From Patescibacteria group bacterium (GTDB taxonomy: Bacteria; Patescibacteriota; Patescibacteriia; Patescibacteriales; UBA12465), in NCBI GenBank assembly GCA_041671365.1, contig JBAZBP010000002.1, positions 65,052 to 129,051 on the forward strand: a stretch of DNA of 64,000 bases, written 5' to 3'. The notes beneath the pieces are model-generated. The model was given only the letters and a program-made list of their open reading frames with translations, ran no database searches and was not told the DNA's origin. Below are positions 9,223 through 17,300 of the stretch, one piece after another. The first letter of the stretch is position 1, and each line of letters opens with the position of its first letter. Both the position numbers and the translations under genes were made by a program.

Positions 9223-9436
9223 GTTGGCGGATAAAGCATTTAATAAAAACCTAACGCTTCTCCTCTAGAAATTATTATCTCCTCAACTTCCCCGCAGATT
9301 CACTACGGTTTATATGAGTATTTAAATTCCTAGTCTCGCTGATTTTAAAGGATAATCAGCTAACCGCTTCCGACGCAACCTAGAGTCGAAAATATATCCT
9401 GCAGAGTCCGCTGCGTTGCCAGTCAATAATACAAAA

Positions 9437-10057
9437 TTACATTTTTGTTTCGATTATCCAACTCTTATTTTTGAACGAAAGATATATTCTCTTTTGCTCA
9501 AGTTTTTTGCCAATAAATTCAGCTAAAGAATTAAGAGTCTGAATGATTTCCTCTTCTTGGCGATTTTTATCGTAATGCGGTGAAAGAATGCCGGAATATG
9601 ATACAGACGGTTCAATAGTAACTCGGGATCCGTCTTCAGTATTTCTCACCGGATAAACGAGGTTTATAGAATTGACCTTGCCGGTAAGAATCGCGAGGTG
9701 TTTATTAACCCTTCCTTGCATCCACTCCTGGATAAAACCAGTCGCGGACTCAAGAGAAAATTCACCACCATCGGCTTGGTACCCTTTGCGGAGCCCAAAC
9801 GTTACTTCAAAGTCCTTCCGATCCATGTCGGCAAGCGTTCTAAATTGCTCACCTTGGAACTGAAGACTTTGCGTCACTTTTAGCGAGGCTGAGAGAGCGA
9901 TTGTCAAGGTCACTATGCCAATAACTGGTTCTAATAAATTCCAGCCATTCAACAAGAAAATAATAACTCCGACGACTACTCCTATCGCTGCCGCCAAAAA
10001 TGTATTTTTAAATAATTTTGTGACAGCAGAAATCAAACCTTTTCTAATTTTTTTCAT
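9437..10057 (-). CDS. Membrane protein (two N-terminal TM helices plus a soluble domain)
   Basis: Hydrophobic segments AAAIGVVVGVIIFLL and VIGIVTLTIALSASL. It overlaps the upstream ORF by 14 nt, which suggests translational coupling. Confidence 0.6.
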   Translation of the reverse strand: MKKIRKGLISAVTKLFKNTFLAAAIGVVVGVIIFLLNGWNLLEPVIGIVTLTIALSASLKVTQSLQFQGEQFRTLADMDRKDFEVTFGLRKGYQADGGEFSLESATGFIQEWMQGRVNKHLAILTGKVNSINLVYPVRNTEDGSRVTIEPSVSYSGILSPHYDKNRQEEEIIQTLNSLAEFIGKKLEQKRIYLSFKNKSWIIETKM

Positions 10058-10589
10058 TTTCCTCCCCTAAAGACCAATCCAGTAGCATGGATAATTCTTG
10101 AACTTTATTTGTCCCCTTGTAGCCATGCTCGGCGGCTTCAGGGGAATTTTCAACAATTAAATTTAAGAGTCCTGCATCAGCCACTTTTTGCATAGGAAGA
10201 TCCCATGGAGCGAGATGAAAAGCCGGATGTTTTTCGATTGACAATACCACCCATCCCGAAGCATCGAATGGGGTACCTTCTTCTTTTTGCAACTGTAGAA
10301 GGGCAATTTTTTTACCTTGACGTATTAGGCCTGCAAGCAAGGCCATGGTGATAGCAAAACGCTCACCATAAGCGCCGTTCAATTTGCTTTCATAAACTTC
10401 GAAGGATTTTTGAACAGAAATTTTTTCAATCTTTGCTGATTCGCCCCATCCAGATGAATGGGTAATCGTGCCGTCTTCAGCAACCTGGGGAGCATTCACC
10501 CAGGAATAAAATCCGACGCCTTTTTTTGCAATTTCCTCTTTTACAATTGTGAAGAGGGCAGACAGTGTTTCTAATGTTAGATATTTCAT
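10044..10589 (-). CDS. Hypothetical protein (181 aa from the internal ATG)
   Basis: AAGGAGAAAAAATG lies at 10589, so I chose this start over the track start at 10637. Confidence 0.6.
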   Translation of the reverse strand: MKYLTLETLSALFTIVKEEIAKKGVGFYSWVNAPQVAEDGTITHSSGWGESAKIEKISVQKSFEVYESKLNGAYGERFAITMALLAGLIRQGKKIALLQLQKEEGTPFDASGWVVLSIEKHPAFHLAPWDLPMQKVADAGLLNLIVENSPEAAEHGYKGTNKVQELSMLLDWSLGEENEKN

Positions 10590-10663
10590 TTTTTCTCCTT
10601 GCCCGATATTACCTTCGGCGCCGAGGGATTGTTTCATAGATTATTAGTTTTTTTATTTTGAAA

Positions 10664-11458
10664 TTAAAAATACATAAATCCGCCGGGCTCCCATTTTGCC
10701 CGTAGACCTATTTTAAGGGATGGATAATTTTTTTTAACTTCGTTGATCATCCAAATTACCCCCTCAATATTTCTTGGTGGGTCAAAATCGCATCCGGCCA
10801 CGGGTTTATATAGTCGCCAGGTCCAGAATTCATTCTTCCCATCACCGCCCGCTATGATGTCCTTAGCTAATTCCAGCATATCGTCTAACGTGGTGTTGGA
10901 AAAAATCGGCGTTCTTACATCAACTAAAACTCCTGACGATGATAACAAGTCTTGAGTTTCAATAGATTTTTGGTACATCCTCTTCCCCGATCCGTTATTT
11001 AATCCAGTCCGGCTATTCATTAATGCTGCTGGCGCTTTTAAATCAATGGCTGCAGATTCTAATCCCGCGTCAACCATTTTTTTTATGAATTGAGGCGAGG
11101 AACCATTGTGAGCGATTGATAATCTGCCACCAAGCCCTTTTACTTTTTCGGCTATTAATAAACTAGCCTCCGGGTAAATGACTGGATCGCCGCCAGAAAT
11201 GCGGACGGCTTGTCGTTTTTCAACGGCTTCTTCAACTACTTTGAACAGATCTTCAATAGTGGCCGAGATGGAAGAGACGATGGAGCCGTCCGCGTTGCGG
11301 AAATTCCCATCCCTCTTGCAATATGGACAAGAAAAATTGCAGGCGCCAAAGGATATAATCCTAGCATCAACAATTTCTATGCCCATAGCCTTATAAAAAT
11401 ATAAGGGACGAATTTCTTCGCCCACTTTACCTTTATAAGGTAAGCATCTAATTTTCAT
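10664..11458 (-). CDS. Radical SAM enzyme
   Basis: CNFSCPYC (CxxxCxxC) cluster motif and ISGGDPV (GGE-like). AAGGAGAAAAAATG precedes the ATG at 11458. Confidence 0.85.
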   Translation of the reverse strand: MKIRCLPYKGKVGEEIRPLYFYKAMGIEIVDARIISFGACNFSCPYCKRDGNFRNADGSIVSSISATIEDLFKVVEEAVEKRQAVRISGGDPVIYPEASLLIAEKVKGLGGRLSIAHNGSSPQFIKKMVDAGLESAAIDLKAPAALMNSRTGLNNGSGKRMYQKSIETQDLLSSSGVLVDVRTPIFSNTTLDDMLELAKDIIAGGDGKNEFWTWRLYKPVAGCDFDPPRNIEGVIWMINEVKKNYPSLKIGLRAKWEPGGFMYF

Positions 11459-11549
11459 TTTTTCTCCTTCATTTATTGATGTTTGTCGCGACAAAACACC
11501 AATAATAAAAGACCAAATAAAAACTTTTACAATCTATTTAAATTTAAAT

Positions 11550-11608
11550 GTACTTCCCTTTCGTCCTTTCGGACTCATCAGACGGAACATTCATTCCGTG
11601 AGGGGAAG
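11550..11608 (-). ncRNA. Type III hammerhead self-cleaving ribozyme, copy B
   Basis: Minus sense: CUUCCCCUC^ACGGAA-UGAAUG-UUCCGU-CUGAUGA-GUCC-GAAA-GGAC-GAAA-GGGAAG. Predicted cleavage is between 11600 and 11599. Confidence 0.85.
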
Positions 11609-11691
11609 AGCAATGTTGAACAACATTGCTCTAGCGCCTTGAACTTCCGCTGGCGAACGCCAATTCCTCTGCGGAAAAGAAGATTTTTCAT

Positions 11692-12144
11692 CTATCTTTT
11701 GGATTTCTCCAAAAGATCAGATAACTGCTGCGCGACACGCACCTGCGTGTCGCGATGTTCCAATTTCTTGATTGCGGAGAGGAACACCTCCGCAATTTTT
11801 TCGGTCGTATTGGGACCGATATTTTCTAATCCAATTAACACTCCGAAGAGTGTCGAATGGATTAAAAGCTTAGAGTGAGTGCACGATTCGTACTCAATCC
11901 AAGTTTTGTAAGAAATTTTCCCCAGATTAAACTGGTCATACGACCAGTTTTTAATTTCCGAGGAGACCTCATCGGCCTCTCTCTCAATCTCTCCCCCTTT
12001 AACCTCCCCAGTAAACGGGAGGTTGGTTTCGAAGGAAGAAAATTCTCCTTCTCGGCAAGCGCCAAGGGGGCGGAGGAGGGGGAATAAAGAAGAAATTAAC
12101 CCTATCAAAATAGAGTCAATATTTTCTAAAATTACAAAATTCAT
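11692..12144 (-). CDS. Hypothetical protein (150 aa)
   Basis: First ORF after the long leader. It has a weak SD and no recognised motif. Confidence 0.4.
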   Translation of the reverse strand: MNFVILENIDSILIGLISSLFPLLRPLGACREGEFSSFETNLPFTGEVKGGEIEREADEVSSEIKNWSYDQFNLGKISYKTWIEYESCTHSKLLIHSTLFGVLIGLENIGPNTTEKIAEVFLSAIKKLEHRDTQVRVAQQLSDLLEKSKR

Positions 12145-13187
12145 TTCTGACTTTCTGCCCGTATAACGCTACGGAGCCGAGCATTTTTTATTATTTATTT
12201 AAAGAACTCTTCCCTCTCAAACTTAAATTTTTTCCGAGGAAATTTCTGGGCCTAAGCTTGTTCAAGGCTTAGGGCTCAGCCGATCTCCTCGTAAGAAGAC
12301 GGTGGCGTTAGTGCTGTTCCGGGAGCTTGCTCATCCGCCGGTTGGCGGATAACTGGGCCACGCCGTACTAAGATCGTCTCGGCTTTGGAACGGTTTGCGA
12401 CGTTCTTCGGCTCTAACTCACTGTCCGCCTGATTCCGAGTTAATCTCGGAAGCAAACTGTCAAACTCTTGTTAATCTCAGGAGATGAACCCTCTCCGCTT
12501 TATTGCTAAAGCTTATGTGTCCATTTAATCTCCTAAAATTGCCAAGCGGTTTAACTGATTTATTTATTCCCTAAATAATTGGGGCGACTATTCCGTAATC
12601 GTTTCGATTCCGCGAGAAGCGGATAGTTATGAAGGGGAGTTCGTCGGGCGGCGTCTAGGGGAATTTCGGGAAACGGCCTGGGGTAGCGTTTCCAAATAAT
12701 ATTTTTCCAGTCGGCCACTATTTTTATTTAGAGCTGTTCTAGGCTGTGGGCGCTAGATCGGCGACTAAATCTCTCTCCTCTTCAGGACTATCCGCTCCGT
12801 TTTCTAAACCAAAAGGGTACTAAGCGGAAAAATCTTTCTCTTTATAGAATGAGAAAGCTGAACCTGCCTAGTACCCTTTATATAAAAAGATAATAGATAT
12901 GATTATAATGGCTCTCTCCTTCCATTATTTATATTTGAATGTAATGAACTGTCTCTCGCGGAGACTGGATTCCCCTCATCTCTTATTTGTTGGGATAAGA
13001 GGAGTATCTCTCGCCGCGATGGTGATTTTGGTGCCCCATTCTTTATTCCTTATGAATTGGACCTTTCCCTAGGCTCTCTCCTCTTAAGAAACTGCCACTC
13101 TAACTCGCCAGAATATCGGACCGGGCTATATTATTGTTTAAATGAATGAACTATGTTTTGCCTCTTTCTTCCCTTTCTCATTTTCGA
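12145..13187 (-). ncRNA. About 1-kb ORF-free structured leader or large ncRNA of unknown class
   Basis: No ORF of 60 aa or more lies within 12145-13474 on either strand. The region is GC-richer than its flanks, contains many perfect hairpins, and has a promoter pointing into it. Confidence 0.5.
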
Positions 13188-13194
13188 TACCTTA

Positions 13195-13223
13195 AGTTTA
13201 GCATGGATTTAAAAGATTGTCAA
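13195..13223 (-). promoter_or_regulatory. Sigma-70-type promoter for the leader and operon
   Basis: Minus sense: TTGACA (13223-13218), 17-nt spacer, TAAACT (13200-13195). Confidence 0.55.
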
Positions 13224-13318
13224 GACTTAAAAAGACTATTTTTGGCAAATGTTAATAAAATATAGACAGAAATGATTTAAATAAGCATAAATATTTACTA
13301 TTTTTGTCATTTTTAAAG

Positions 13319-13347
13319 TTGACACTATATTAAATATGCGCTATAAT
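13319..13347 (+). promoter_or_regulatory. Consensus sigma-70-type promoter for the TrmB-like gene
   Basis: TTGACA (13319-13324), 17-nt spacer, TATAAT (13342-13347). Confidence 0.65.
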
Positions 13348-13474
13348 AGAACTAGATAGTCACAAGACTATCAGTCGAATTATAAAAACAAATAAAACAA
13401 AATCTATTATTTGTAAAGTTATCCACAAGTTATTAGCTACCCCAGGGCGCTAATAACCGTAGGAACCCAAATAT

Positions 13475-14341
13475 ATGTTTGAAAAGACTCTCCATAACCT
13501 CGGCTTATCTCAGGTTCAGGCGGAAATCCTTGATTCCCTCTTAAATCAAGGAGCGGATAAAGCCAGTAGTATCGCTAAAAAAATAAAACGACCCCGCGGG
13601 GTCGCTTATAAAGGCCTGGATGAACTGATGCGGCTGAGTCTTGTCACTAAAACAGAAGAAACTAAAGGAATTGCGATATTTTCAGCCGAACATCCCTCGC
13701 GCCTCGAAGCTATCGCCGACCAAAAAGCGAAAGATGCGCTTAAATATAAAGAAGAATTTATCAGCACCCTGCCCGATCTGGTGTCCGCTTTTAATCTGGT
13801 CAGCAATAAACCGGGAGTTCGATTTTATGAGGGAGAGGAAGGAGTAAAAAAAGTCTTAGAAGATAACTTGCTTAGCAATCCGGAAAAAAAATTATATACA
13901 TTTTCCGACGTCGCCAGCTATGCAACCTATCTCAGCGATTGGAATACTAACTATTATGCTCCGAAACGAAAAAAGCTCGGCGTTTTTGAACGGGTAATTA
14001 TCCCGAATAACACGCGAGCTTTGGAATATATGAAGGATTATAAATCAAACGAAGTAACCGATATTTTATTCATTGACCATAAATCTTATCCCTTCGCGAC
14101 CGAAATCAATATTTATAACAACAAGGTATCATTTGTTACTTTTTCGCCGGACTTTATGGTCGGCGTAATCATTGATAATAAAGAAATCTTTGAAACGCTA
14201 CTCTCAATTTTTAATTTCTTTTGGACTTTCGGTAAAAATAATCTCGCCGCTTCTCAGCCCGATTGGCTGAAGCAAAAAATAAACCGACCGTTAGCCACCG
14301 ATCGACCGACCGCAATCAAACCAATTCCGTCGGCCGAATAA
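13475..14341 (+). CDS. TrmB-family-like transcriptional regulator
   Basis: N-terminal winged HTH (LGLSQVQAEILDSLLNQGADKASSIAKKIKRPRGVAYKGLDELMRLSLV) followed by a C-terminal domain. Confidence 0.65.
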   Translation: MFEKTLHNLGLSQVQAEILDSLLNQGADKASSIAKKIKRPRGVAYKGLDELMRLSLVTKTEETKGIAIFSAEHPSRLEAIADQKAKDALKYKEEFISTLPDLVSAFNLVSNKPGVRFYEGEEGVKKVLEDNLLSNPEKKLYTFSDVASYATYLSDWNTNYYAPKRKKLGVFERVIIPNNTRALEYMKDYKSNEVTDILFIDHKSYPFATEINIYNNKVSFVTFSPDFMVGVIIDNKEIFETLLSIFNFFWTFGKNNLAASQPDWLKQKINRPLATDRPTAIKPIPSAE

Positions 14342-17300
14342 TATATTTCTGAATAAATCTAATCGCATCTAATAAACTGTTTATTTCTTCACTATCTTGC
14401 CGTAATTCTTCTCGGTTTTTACCAATTTTTTCAAAATATTTGAGCGGCGCCCGATCTAAATTAGCGAAATAATGTTTTAAAATTGGCCTCACTACCTGAT
14501 TGGCATATTTTAATTGCTGCTTATTATCTAAAGTCAAAATCTTGCCGCCAATACTGCCTTCTCCGGCGGCAACCACTTGATCGCTGTCCGTTAGTAGATC
14601 GGCGTCCGTTTTATAAAAATAAGTACTATATGGCTCCTTAAATTTTACCACGCCCTCCTTAGCCTCAAAATCGCCGCGGAAGCCGAAGCTGGCCGAGCCG
14701 ACCTCCGGACAAACAAAATTCAAAGATAGGGAATCTTTTTTAAATTTCTTATCTAGACCAACCTTGCTGTCAATTTTAATTTTACCGAGATGCTCTTGCA
14801 GACGCTGATAATAGGCGGCCGCTGAAGAATTTTTATCTAACTTCGATTTTCTTTCATTAATTTCGTCTCTTAAACCCTTACAGACCGTGTTTAAAAGAAT
14901 TTTGCCTTCAGAATTCGTTTGATCCTTAAAAACATCAAGTCCTTTTTCTCGTCCCAACTTCTCCCAATTACTTATAACGGCACCGAGGATATCATAACGC
15001 GCTTCGTTAAGATGCCCGATTTTAGTGCCATTAGTCGATAAAATCCAAGCTAACTCTTCCAGAGCATAGTTTATATATTTTTCCTGTTCCGCGCCGGAAA
15101 CCGAGTCTTGGACCATAGATAAAAATATCTCTTTAAAATCAGGCCGATCGGCCAAATTGGTGACTACCTCTTTATAATATTCATACTTATCCTTATTTTG
15201 CATCAGGAACTCCGAATAGCCCTGGAGACGAATATTGTCCAAACCGAAAGTATCAATAATTTTTTTGTATTGGAGCGCTTCTCGATTGCCAATCTTAATG
15301 GCTTTCTCCCGCGACTCTTTTTCCTCCTGGCCATAGCGGATCTGGTAATTATTAACCTGAATTTCGTCGCAAACAATAAGATTAATCGGACGTTCTTGAT
15401 TATTCAACCAAAACAAATAACCATAGATATCTATCGGTTTAACAACTTTTCTTTCGCCCCTTAAAACCGCCTCCCAAGACGGAAGATCTTTAGAAATTCC
15501 GACCGGAAAATATAAAGGCGCTTGATCGGGAATATTTTCCGGTTTAACCGGGTCATTTTCAAAATTAGAAAAACCCTTAGGTAGGGCCATTTCTTCCCGG
15601 CCGTAAATTATCTGATCCATCTTTTTTTCTAAAGCTATTTGCAGGGGGAGGATTTGCTGTATTTTTTTTATTGCTCCGCTATAAATTACTTTTTCCTCTT
15701 CCGTCGGCGCATAAAAAATTTTATTATCATTTTCCATTTTATTTAGAAAATCTTGACACTCAATTTCTCCGGACTTATATTTTTGACGATTTTGTTTAAA
15801 ATTTTCTAAAGCTTCCCCTTCCAATTCAACATTATAAGTAACTTCCTCTAAAACAGATTGATAATTTTCAATCATGTTTTTCAGACGTTCGCTGTCATAC
15901 TTTCTATGCTTTTTAGCATCTTCTCTGATAGCAGTTTTCATTTCCAGACTTATATCTTCGGCTTTTTCCAACCAGTCATCTTTAAATATTTCTAGACCTT
16001 CTTCATCGGAATTAATAGCTACTAATAGATCATGCCCAATATTATTATATTTTTCATTTAACTTTTCAGCAATCGTTTTTAATTCTTCTAAATTTGCCAC
16101 CCTCCCCTTGGTTTCTATATCTAAATCCTTTAACAATTCACGAATTACCTTCTCCTTGTCTTTCGAGGAGGCAATTTTTAAATTTTCATTAGCTACCACT
16201 AATAAACGACTAGTGCGTTTTAAGGAAATCTCAATTAATTTTTCCCGGTCAATAGTTTTACCAAAAAAAACATCTCCATAAAGTTCAACCAGGCCATCAG
16301 CACTCTGATTAACCTGGTTGATTAATTCGGCATGTTTTGCAAATAGCTTATTGGAAGCTTCAGGCTGCGATGCTAAAAACTCATTTATTTCTAATATTTT
16401 ATTACCGATATCGCTGTCTGTTTCTAAAGACAAAAATGATAAAAAACGATTATTTTTATCGACCGGTGTCTGCCCGCCTAAAATAAAGTCTTTTACTTTA
16501 TTAACCTCAGAGACATTTTTGGCGGAAATAAAATTAATAAATTGCAATTGCTCTCTGACGCTAAAGTCGCTTAGTTCAACAGCAAACTCTTGTTCGATCT
16601 TATTGCGGAAAGATAGATCGATAAGCGTCTTATAAATATCGCGTTGATTCTTATAATTTTCACTATCAGCTTTATTTTCTATAAAACCTTCTTTTTTTAA
16701 AATATCAGACAACGTCAACCGCTGCCCGTTATTAATATTAAAATAGGAATCTACCTCGCCGTGTCCGTTATAGATAACTCCGATTTCCTGACTGAGCTTG
16801 CTATAACAACTGCTGGCCAAAGTTTTTTTGGCTAAATACCCGTCTTCGACCTTATTATTTTCCAAGAATAAAGGTTGAAGGTCGCCGGTCGCGAATTCTG
16901 GCTTATTATATTTCTCTAATAGCTGCAATCTCTTAGCTCGATTCGGGCTGTCAAGCTCTTCTCCTATTTGCTCAGCTCTAATATTTAAAAAATAATTAGA
17001 AGTATCCTGAGTTTCTTTTTTTAAAATCTTCCTCGCTTCAACCCCAGCTTGGCCAAAACCGACATTACCTGAAATATTAATTAAAATTTTTATAGTCTCG
17101 AGAGCTTTAAGCCGAGCGGAAATATTATTTTTATCCTCCGCTAACTTGCCGAGAGATTCAATTAGCGAGGGAAATAATCCGACACCCATAGTAATTTCTC
17201 TTCTTATTCCCGGATCTATTACTTCCGGATGGCTATTAATCGCAATTAAAAAATCGAGCAAGATACTTCTGTCAACCATATGGATATTCTGAGCCCAGGT

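Noticed and set aside
12375-12415. Group II intron domain V-like string (GAGCCGAAGAACGUCGCAAACCGUUCC) in the 1-kb leader.
   Set aside because: It does not fold into the 34-nt domain V helix because the arms are not complementary. There is no GUGYG 5' end and no RT/maturase ORF.
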